DNA of 17,894 nucleotides from contig JBHGNT010000677.1 of assembly GCA_043228905.1 (NCBI GenBank), forward strand, positions 1 to 17,894. The letters run 5' to 3'. Below the pieces are notes generated by a model. It made no database searches and was not told where the DNA came from. It saw only the letters and a list, made by a program, of their open reading frames with translations. Below are positions 8,291-17,894 of the stretch, one piece after another. Numbering within the stretch: position 1 is the first letter of the stretch; every line of letters starts with the position of its first letter. Made by a program: the position numbers and the translations under genes. The stretch comes from Azolla caroliniana. Its lineage: Eukaryota > Plantae > Polypodiophyta.

Positions 8291-10494
8291 ACCGGACCCT
8301 CCGAAAGCAAGGGGAGTCAAGGCGGCAAAGTCGAGAGCCGGCAAGGGAAGACCGCATCGGATTGCTGGTATTGTGGCCGAAAAGGCCACAAAGAAAGCGA
8401 GTGATGGAAGAAGAGGGCTGATTCAAACAAAGTCGAATCGAGCTGGAAAGACATGGAAAGGCGTCATTGATCGTAATTCGCCGGAAGCTCGGAGGGAGCC
8501 GGGTCGGGACCGGCCCTCGTAATGAAGCATAAGGCCAACAGAATGGCTGCATCCGACTTAAAGTTGGAAGAAGTTTGGTATGTGGACTTTTGAGCTTCCA
8601 ACCATATGAAGAACCACAAAGAATAGTTCTCCTTTCTTGAGAAGTCGGGGGTGGTTGAAACTGGAGACGACACCCCACATCCCATCGAGCATATCGGGGA
8701 TGTCCCTCTGAGCCATGTCGGCCAGAAGGGAATCATGAGGAATGTTCTGCATGTTCTGATGATCACCAAGAACTTGGTGTCGGTCGGCCAGATCGTGGAT
8801 CAAGGAATATAGGTTTGGTTCACTCACCACATATGCTTCATCGAGGAGGAAGGCCAGGATGGAAGAATGTTCATCCTTGAAAACAATGATGTAGGCCCCT
8901 CTATGTTCATGAAAGGGCAGAAGATCGAGTCGGACATCGACATGTGGCACAAGCGGATTGGCCACATCAACTTCCGGAAGCTTCAGGAGATGCAATGGAA
9001 ACATGTGGTTTCCGGACTGCCAAAATTCAGTGGCTGGAAAGGCCAAATATGTGAAGCTTCTAAACTCGGGAAGCAACATAGGCTTCCATTCCCCCACGAG
9101 AAGAATTGGAGCTGGAATTGGCTCGATCTTATTCACTCGGATGTGTGGGGACCGGCACAAAACATGAGCATCGGCTGCAATCTACATGAGCTGCAAGTTG
9201 GTATGCTAGTTGCAACATTAGCTGGGGTGATAAGTTGGGTCATCCCTTTTGGATTGCTAAAATCATTGAAATTATTAAGGATGATGAAGGCAATCAAGTT
9301 CAATCCATTGTGGTTCATTGGTATCATACCTCTTCCAAAGATGTATTTACTAGGAAGTACTCTTTATAGATAACGATGTCGGAGGCACAAGCAAAAAGCG
9401 GAGAAGAAAGAATCTACCCAACACGTCTACTCTAACACTTGATAATGTCGACATACTCGTGTATGACTTCTCCTTGACCAAAACAGGCCATTGAAGACAG
9501 ACTACAATCCATATAATAAAAGAGAAGGTCCTAGATGTGCCTGTTGACGTATTACAGATACGAACAAGGAGTATGCCTCATAATCACGGTGACGTTGGAT
9601 TGCATTTGGATGAAGACAATGCATTGGTTGCTAGTGATAATGAGGATGAGACCTCACAAAGCTCTTCTAGTTCATCGGGTGGGTCTGAAGGAGAAGACGT
9701 ATCTCTGGGAAGTGATGAATCTCATATATGAAATGTAAATATTGTATGTTACATCAATATGACGATTCACAAATATGTATAAATATAGGTGTTAGTCATT
9801 TTGTAATTTTTATACATTCTCTTGTAAATTTCACGTGTCAATTATTTAGGCATTTTTTGAAAGCCCTAAAATTTTGGACATGGTATAAATCAATATAATT
9901 TGATTCAATTTCCAAAAACCTTTACGCATGCGATGGTCCTTTTTGTGAAATGACCTACTTTGTGTCTTTTTTGGATGGACTATTCTTAAATTGCGTCATA
10001 TTACCTGTTTCAAATGACCCGGTGTTGGAAGTCGATATTTTGTCTCCTTCATTGACGATTTCAGCCAACACACTTGGATCTACCTGATCGAGAAGAAGAG
10101 CGAAGTCTTCTCTTGCTTCCGGGATCTAAAGACTCATGTCGAACGAGAAACCTAAAGAAAGATCAAGTGCTTGAGATCGGATGGTGGAAAAGATTACTTT
10201 TCTAGCCAGTTCACAAGATATCTGCATACCAAGGGAATTCGTTGAGAGTTCTCTTGTAGGTACACGCCGGAGCAGAACAACGTGGCCGAACGTCGGAATT
10301 AGACGTTGGTAGAAGCGGCAAGGGCAATGCTAGAAGAGAAGTGCATGCCCCGGATTTATTGGGCCGAAGTAATTCAGACAACCGTCTACATTTAGAATTG
10401 GATATATGCCCCCGGGACAAAGGTGTCGCCGCACGAATTATACTTCGAGAAGAAGCCGAATTTGGCACACCTTTTGAGTATTCGGCAACATTGT
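8291..10494 (+). pseudogene. Second, more decayed B-family copia copy (B2): gag knuckle, protease and integrase, split by the insert at 9176-10026 and continuing at 17876
   Basis: Colinear with B1 3118-4491: CWYCGRKGH, WYVD, WHKRIGH, HSDVWGPAQNMSIG | GSRYFVSFIDD, RSDGGKDY, VFGNI. Many stops and frameshifts. Confidence 0.9.
9176..10026 (+). mobile_element. 5'-truncated fragment of a probable DNA transposon: ORF C-terminus plus AT-rich 3' region and terminus
   Basis: Joined frames read LQVGMLVA..GHPFWIAKIIEI..IVVHWY..KY..KKRRRK..ILVYDFSLTKTG.. then an acidic Ser-rich tail ending at 9731. AAATGACC occurs twice near the right end. B2 is contiguous across the insert. Confidence 0.55.
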
Positions 10495-10952
10495 TGTTAC
10501 GGGCAATGACCATATAGTATCCCGTGGTGAGAATTTACCGTAGTATTCTATACACGTGGATAAGTGTGAGGGTTAAATGAGAGTGTAAAGAAGGGGAGGA
10601 TTACTTTTAATCCTCGGGATTGAGACAACCCCTTAGGCCAAGTGTAAACTTGCCTGGGGGCCTTGGGTCTCATTATAAATATGAGGCCTAACTACGATCC
10701 TCATTTCATCATCTCTTGTCTACGTCGAGACTCTGTTTCGTGGTGGGTCAACTCTTGTAGAGAGCGCGCCAGCACTAGGTACGACTCAACACCACGACGG
10801 TGGTATGGGACGCCGATTGAGGCTCGAGTTCGTCTCGATCCCTTCGCTCGGGGGTGGTTGGGTGGATTGGCACCCTTCTTTCTCTCTCTCCTTTCTTATT
10901 TCATCTATATTATATCCTTATCATATGCTTACATTAGATCATCGCTCTAACA
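10495..10952 (+). repeat. Element C 5' LTR (458 bp)
   Basis: TGTTA...TAACA termini, TATAAATA at 10674; direct repeat of 17422-17875. Confidence 0.96.
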
Positions 10953-10954
10953 AC

Positions 10955-10966
10955 TGGTTTCAGAGC
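10955..10966 (+). other. Primer-binding site (initiator Met tRNA)
   Basis: TGGTTTCAGAGC, one mismatch from TGGTATCAGAGC, 2 nt after the LTR end. Confidence 0.9.
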
Positions 10967-11249
10967 TTATGTTTCTAATGTTTCTTTTGTTGGTTTTTGT
11001 TGTCTTCTTGATGGATGGACGGTGATCCCCATTGATCAAGTCATCCACAACTTTCCTCGTCTCATGCATCCATCACGTGCGGTCGACCTTGATCCAGATA
11101 GCGATCAACAAAGGAACTTCGGTAACTCTTTCTTGTTTTTTTTTTCTATTCTTTCTTCTCCCAATCTAATAATGTATAGTCAATATGTTTTTTCATTATT
11201 GATTCATTGATGTTGTAGTGGTAACGGATTGGTTGTATGAAACGTATTC

Positions 11250-11510
11250 ATATGTGTATGAGATCAATACCTCATTTGACATATATTTGATATGTGATTC
11301 GTGTCGTATGTGTACAAGGTTAATACCTCAATTGCGTATTACATTCACATACATATGTTATGTATGCGTATGAGGTCAATACCTCGATTTCGTTGTAAAT
11401 GATATGCGTTTGGTGTCGTATGCGTAAGAGGTCAATACCTCAATTGTGTATTACAATTAACCCTTATTTTTGGATGTTTCATGTGCGTAGAGGCTATATG
11501 CCTCAATTAC
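11250..11510 (+). repeat. Degenerate ~56-bp tandem repeat (5 units) in the element C leader
   Basis: TATGYGTA..AGGTCAATACCTCAATT core recurs near 11251, 11307, 11362, 11419 and 11481. Confidence 0.75.
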
Positions 11511-14500
11511 GTATCTCGATTACATCATTGTTGGCTATTTGATATTACGATTTTTTTAATATATGCATATGTGGTCACGTGTATACATATTTGATCGTAT
11601 ATATGTGATAAATACACATATGTGTATATTAGTTATTACGTGATTTCTATATCGTATGTGTATATTCGGGGAAAGGATCTTGGTGGCCATCCTCATATTT
11701 TTGTGAGGATGGTGTAGTCACCATCCTTTTTTCAACAAATTCTTTTGTTGACATCCCCGTTGGTCACTTTGATTTCGTTACGTAACGAAACAATCATAGC
11801 CACAATGATGTTGAGAACATAGGGCTTGACCCACTTCATGTGAGGTCGCTCCTATGGCACAAATATCCAACATCCCTCCCTCATTACATGGATATGATGT
11901 CACCATGAGATCATTCTGACGAAAGGCATTCGTAATGACGTAACCATGTGATGGGCCACATGGGCCTACTACAAAAAGAGGGCTCATTTGGCTTGATCAT
12001 TAGGTTGCACTTTGGCGTATACCATCGTAATTATGAGACTTGGGGTTAGGTAACGTACCAACATAGTTTGTGGTAAACGAGAGGGAAATAAGGACTCTTC
12101 ACATATATGTTTCTTATAAAATAATATATATGGGCAAATGCCTTGCATATCCCTTATATGCATAAAACATTTAACATTTAACACGAGCAACCTATGTGGT
12201 TAGCTCAAGTGTTTAATGCATTTGTTCTCGAGGTCTCGACTTCAAATATGACCAACACCACACAACATTGTTGATACATATGGCTATAATACATGTTTAG
12301 ATTATAGGTCTAAGTGCACTTCGGGGTCCTCGTAATAGGACTTAAAGAGCCGAAACCACATACGTGAGTACAAAAACATAGTTTATTGTTAACATTTTTT
12401 TTCGTGTATAAACTCTTCATGACACGAACATACATGGTTGAGCCTTGGGGAAAGCGATATAGAGATTAGGGAAAGACATTCATTTGTCACCCCCATGGTT
12501 TTTAAAACACCTTTGTGTTACTATAGTAACCTGATCTTGAACCTCATCTCATACGTCTAGAGGGGTATTGATGTGAGATCATGATATCGATTAATGTTGG
12601 CCCAGATATGTTTACATCACGACATGATGTTATGACTATTTGTCTGACCTTATCCTATTTCTTTGCCAGAAATTATCATTCAATGGCTCATAATAACGAC
12701 CCGATGTCATCCGCTCAAGCGGAAGGAACTCAAGAAAATCCTCTTGGGCCAATCTCCATTGAGTCATACTTCTTACAAATACAAAATTTCCTTAGTTCAA
12801 CCACTCATCAGATGTCCGAACTTCGGCAATCTCAAAGTGCTCTCGAGGCACGTGTTATTAGTTTACAACGTGACACTAATAGACCCGATGAACGTCAAGG
12901 TGAACCATCATTTGTCGTAAAGCCATTTACGGGAGAAAAAAAGGAAAGAGCCCAAAAGCAATCTGCACATGGATGGGCCGATGGGAATCTCATTTTGAGC
13001 TCTATCCCACACCAGATAGTACAAAGATTGCATATGTCAGCCGAGAACTAGGGGGTAAGGCCGCCACCTGGTGGCATGGGCTCTGAACATTGGGGAAATT
13101 GCCCAATACCTGGACAAATTTTGTCACAGTTTTCAAGAGCCAATTTCTGCAACCTCCATCTCGAACCGAGGCAGCGCAAGCTTTACTGAACCTCTCTAGT
13201 AGGAAGTTTTCCTCGCTACAAGACTATGTTCACCATGCTAGAACCCAAATCCAAAAATCGGGTCTAGAAGGGGACAATTGGTTGATAGCTTGTTTTGTCA
13301 ATGACATCCCCAATTCGGACTATCATTGGATAGTGCATGATAAGGATCCAAAATCCTTCGAAGAGGCCATTGAAAGAGTTCTTCGCTATCAACGCGCTTT
13401 GAAAGAAAGACCATAACAAACCCAACGAAGTGCCTGGGAGTAAGCAGTTGCAATTCATTGGGAAACGCAAGACACCCAATGAATTCATGGATCGCGATTG
13501 TAAGCGACAACATCCTTTTTGCGTATTCTACAAAAAGAAGGGTCATATAGAAGAGCAATGTCGAAAGCTCCAACGAAAAGAGCACGATAGCAAAACAAAA
13601 GTTGTAGACCATAAAGGTCAGATTCCTAACGTCCTTGAAGTCTATACACACCATTTAAGGAATTGTAAATGTTCTTTCACTCACTATGTATTGGGACCCA
13701 ATGATTTACTACATGCAAACGGGTATATCAATGGATCTCCCGTACAATTTTTATTTGATTCGGGAAGCTCACATAAATTTGTGAATGATCGTTTGGTTCA
13801 GATATGGGGAATCCAACCCATCGTAAGTGATCACACCTATAGGGTGCACTTGGCTAATGGAAGAGTACAGTACAACAACAGGGCAATTCATTCATTAGGA
13901 ATTTCTATTGATGCTTATATAGAGGAAGTAGACTTCCATGTAATGAATCTTTGTACCACTGATGTAATACTAGGTTATCCCTGGTTTTACAATAAGAACT
14001 CTTCTTTGTTTATTGATTGGGTTCACTATTCCATCTCCTTTGTATTGAACGATTGTACTCATTTTATTCAAGGTGTAAATAAACAATCTCTTTCGATTGT
14101 TTCCTCTCCATCAATATCCGATTTGTCTTGTTCTTCTTTATTTTATTGTGTACTTGATCCGGACATTCACATTTACAATATCAATAATGTCTCGATTCAA
14201 TTATCATATTTTGAACAACAACAACTCGATGAAATCTTAAAAGATTTTCGTGATGTTTTTCTGAGTGAACTACCACATGGGTTACCTCCTAAACGTAATA
14301 TAGACCATCGTATAGATATTGTACCTGGCGTTGCACCAATAAGTATACCTCCTTATCGCTTAAGTCGATCCGAAGAGGATGAGGTATCTAAGCAACTCAA
14401 GGACTATTTACAAATGGGTGATATACGTTATAGTAAATCTCCATGGGGTGCACCTATTCTCTTGGTAAAAAAGAAAGAAGGCACATGGCATATGTGTATT

Positions 14501-14958
14501 AATTACCGACGCTTGAATAAAGTGAAGATCAAGAATTCATACCCATTGCCCCGGGCTGACGATCTAATTGTCCGTCTCAAGGGAGCTCGGTATTTTACAA
14601 AACTCGATCTCCATACGGCTACCATCAAATTCATATAAGTGAGGACGATGTTCGTAAAATGACATTTCCTATGCGCAATGGACATTATGAGTTTTTGGTT
14701 ATGCCTTTTGGTTTGACCAATGCTCCGGCCACATTTCAACAAGAAATGAATGACATTTTCCGATAACAACTTGGGAAATTGTCGTTATTTTCTTGGATGA
14801 TATTCTAGTTTATAGTCGTAGATTAGAAGAACATGCTAAACATGTCCGCTTTGTTTAACAAACATTGCATGACAAACAATTCTACGCGAAGATCTCAAAA
14901 TGTGAGTTCTTCAAGAAATTAATTACTTATCTTGGACATCTCATAACCGAACAAGGAG

Positions 14959-15439
14959 TGTTACCGATTAGGAACACGGTCTTCAGTCAGTCCTTCGACC
15001 TAGAACTCAAGGTGACTGCGTTGCCACGAATGGTACCGTCGTACCGTAATATGTAATGGGATAACTCTCCATATCCTAGAAGCATATAAGAGAGACGGCT
15101 ACAACCGAACTCCCTAGATAGTGCACTAGTCACAACACTCGCACTCACGCCTACGCTTCTTACGATTACAACGATTACAATACACCACGAAGAATCACAT
15201 ACACATAGTAGATTAACCATAGATATGCACAGGATATCAGAGAAGATAAAACTCTATTAAGATACACTCTATGCACCAAAATTTACACGCTACCTCTATC
15301 AGAGGATTTTTGCCCTTTATATACACAGGGTTTTTTAGCCATTCACGCTTCCCGCATGAACCGTTTACATGAGTTATGTTTTTACTATATTTTATATTAC
15401 TGCGATCCTGTCCGTCGGTTACTATTCCGGTGGACAACA
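14959..15439 (-). mobile_element. Solo LTR (481 bp) inserted in the element C RT
   Basis: TGTT...AACA termini with a perfect AGGAG TSD (14954-14958, 15440-15444). Removing it restores YLGHLITEQG-VEIDP. Minus-strand TATATAAA at 15316-15323 suggests the orientation. Confidence 0.93.
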
Positions 15440-17407
15440 AGGAGTTGAAATTGATCCTTCTCGCATCGAGAAAATTTGGCCCACTCTTCGGAATATTCGA
15501 GAAGTTCGATCAGTTCTTGGTTTTGTCGGGTTTTTGCGAAAATCCCTTCGTAATTACCCCCAATTAACGATGCCGTTTACTGATCTTCTAAAAGGTCAAA
15601 CGTGTAAGTTTACAAAACCTATTGTGTGGAATGCTACACTAGACCTCGCCTTTAAGGAACTCAAGGTCCTGTGTGCAAGGCTCCTTCGCTTCTTTTACCT
15701 GATCCTTCAAAACCTTTTGAGGTTGAAACCGATGCAAGCGATTATGCTATAGGTGTTGTCTTATATATATAAAGATGGTAAACCAATAACATTCTAGAGT
15801 AAGAAAAGGAATTATTTGCAGTTATTCATGTGCTCAAGACATGGCGCCATTCTCTTTATGGAAATCGTTTTGTGGTAACTACGGACCACGAGTCCTTCAA
15901 ATATTTTTGTGACCAATAAGAGCTTAAAAATCGTAAGGCACGATGGGCAGATCTCATCCAGGACTTTGATTTTTCCATAGGATATCGTAATGGTTCGATG
16001 AACATTGTCCCTGATGCACTAAGTCATTGAAATAACATCAGATCTTTATGATCACCTTCGAGGAAAGTATCTTGATGACAGTTATTTTGTGAAATACTGA
16101 GCAAGAGTTGAGTCTAGAACAGACACCACCACATCCTCGAAGGAATCCTTCCACATTGCTAACGGTTTGCTCTACCGTAATAGGAAGGTTTGTGTTCCAG
16201 ATTTGCTTGAGGTCAAAAAGAGAATTTTTTTTGAATGCCATGATGCACCCTCAGCAGGGCACCCTGGAATACATCGTACACTTGTTCACATCTCCACTCA
16301 ATTCTATTGGCCTAAGATGTGTCTTGACATACATAGCTATGTGACTAAATGTCACCAATGTCTGGTTAACAAAGCCGAGCAACTTAAAGACGCAGAACTT
16401 TTACATCCCTTGGACATTCCGAATAATATGTGGGAAAGTATATCCATGGATTTTATTGTTAGCCTTCCTCGCACCCAAAAAGGTCATGATACCATCGGGG
16501 TTGTGGTTGATCGACTAACTAAAATGGCCATATTTATTGCTACTAAAACCACGGTAATAGCTCCTGAATTGGCTTACCAATTCGTTGACGAGTTATTTCA
16601 TGTTTATGGGTTACTGATGGATATCGTGAGTGATCGAGATCCAAAGTTTACTAGCGACCTTTGGACGCAAGTCTTTAAGAAGTTAGAAATGTTGGTACAA
16701 AACCAACAAAATGGGAACGTTATCTCTCAATTTTGGAGTTTTCTTATAACAACTCCGAGCATTCCGTCAACGGGATATAGTCCTTTTATGTTGATGTATG
16801 GTTTTCAACCACGAGCCCCGATTGTGTTAATATATATCATGATGAGTTGTGAAGTACGCAAAACTTTCTTCAGGATATGCAAGATATGTTGCATATTGCA
16901 TGAGATAATATAAAAACAACCCAAGATAGAGCGGGTTTTTATGCCGATCATAATAGGCAACCTCGTGTATTCAACCCTGGACATAAGGTATTTTTACGTG
17001 CACCTCACAATTCTAAGACATTGTCTACGGGTAAGTGCGCTAAGTTAGCCCCATGGTTTTGTGGACCTTTCAAGTCCTCAAACGCATTGGTTCATCAGCA
17101 TATCGTCTTGCTCTCCCAATAGCGTTGAAATTCATCTAGTTTTTCATGTAAGTCGTCTAAAAGAACTTCTAGGTTCTGGCGACAATACAGTTACAACTGA
17201 AACTCTTATTACTTCTGAAGAATCATCTTCTAAACCACATGTACTAGAAAGAATTCTCGATGTTAAAACAAAAGATCTGCGTACTAAAATAATCCGAGAA
17301 TTTAAAATTAAATGGATGGATAAATCTATCAAAGATGCCACAAGGGAACACAAAAATATTCTTAGAAATAACTTCGCTAACTTTCCATTGCAAGAGTGCA
17401 ATGTTTT

Positions 17408-17421
17408 AAAGAGGGGGAGTA
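17408..17421 (+). other. Element C polypurine tract
   Basis: AAAGAGGGGGAGTA immediately before the 3' LTR. Confidence 0.92.
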
Positions 17422-17875
17422 TGTTATGGGCATGACCATATAATATCTTGTGGTGAGAATTTACCATAGTATTCTATACACGTGGATAAGTGTGAGGGTT
17501 AAACGAGAGTGTAAAGAAGGGGAGGATTACTTTTAATCCTCGGGATTGAGAAAACCCATTAGGCCAAATGTGAACTTGCCTAGGGGCCTTGGGTCTCGCT
17601 ATAAATATGAGGCTTAGTTACCCTCATTTCATCATCTCTTGACTACGTCGAGACTTTGTTTCGTGGTGGGTCAACTCTTGTAGCGAGTGTGCCCGCATCG
17701 GGTATGACTCGACACCACGACGGTGGTATGGGACGCCGATCGAGGCTCAAGTCCTTCTCGATCCCTTCACTTGAGGGTGGTTGGGTGGATGGACACCTTT
17801 CTTTCTCTTTCTCCTTTCTTATTTCATATATATTATATCCTTATCATATGTTTACATTAGATCATCGCTCTGACA
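17422..17875 (+). repeat. Element C 3' LTR (454 bp)
   Basis: TGTTA...TGACA termini; colinear with the 5' LTR, roughly 90% identical by eye, mostly transitions. Confidence 0.96.
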
Positions 17876-17894
17876 TTTGCATATGTGCATGTGT
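17876..17894 (+). pseudogene. Resumption of the B2 integrase
   Basis: GCA TAT GTG CAT GTG = AYVHV, matching B1 4492-4506. Confidence 0.8.

Larger units (their letters stand above)
12683..17421 (+). pseudogene. Element C gag-pol (disrupted): gag, protease, RT, RNase H, integrase, chromodomain
   Basis: AATWW/TWTNF..F gag; decayed knuckle [14 protein letters not shown]; LFDSGSSH; [30 protein letters not shown]; ETDASDYAIG; HDAPSAGHPG..CHQC, SMDFI, SDRDPKF; GPF; ERILDVK..EFKIKW chromodomain. Many stops and frameshifts. Confidence 0.95.
10495..17875 (+). mobile_element. Full-length degenerate Ty3/gypsy chromovirus (element C)
   Basis: Paired LTRs, PBS, gag-PR-RT-RH-INT-chromodomain, PPT. Degenerate TSD ATTGT/TTTGC, inferred ancestral ATTGC, within the B2 'NIAYVHV' codons. 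Confidence 0.96.

Noticed and set aside
8867-9373. Functional integrase-membrane protein fusion ORF
   Set aside because: The hydrophobic tail arises from an out-of-frame reading of the inserted fragment; upstream B2 is full of stops.
9176-10026. Helitron
   Set aside because: No TC...CTRR ends, no A|T target site and no clear subterminal hairpin.
11250-11510. CRISPR-like repeat/spacer array
   Set aside because: Eukaryotic retrotransposon leader; repeats are degenerate, spacers resemble each other, and no cas genes are present.

Overview
Plant, probably bryophyte/moss-like, heterochromatin made entirely of nested, decayed LTR retrotransposons; no intact host gene is visible. Taxon and lineage calls rest on recalled motif similarity, not a database search. 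(A) A Tork/Tnt1-like Ty1/copia remnant (~200-7902) has its gag zinc knuckle fused in frame to the RT YVDD region, and its RNase H is split in two. (B1) The split is caused by a ~5.6-kb Ty1/copia element, probably Bryco/RLC5-like (1994-7583). It has a 3' LTR but no 5' LTR; instead it begins with AGGG(TTTAGGG)4 telomere repeats at the junction, and its pol reads ~180 codons past a vestigial PPT. A fold-back made of two inverted A-family LTR halves occupies 7681-8173. (B2) An older, second B-family copy (~8291 to the window end) is interrupted by an ~850-bp DNA-transposon-like fragment (9176-10026) and by (C), a full-length degenerate chromoviral Ty3/gypsy element (10495-17875). C itself carries a solo LTR with a perfect AGGAG TSD (14959-15439).
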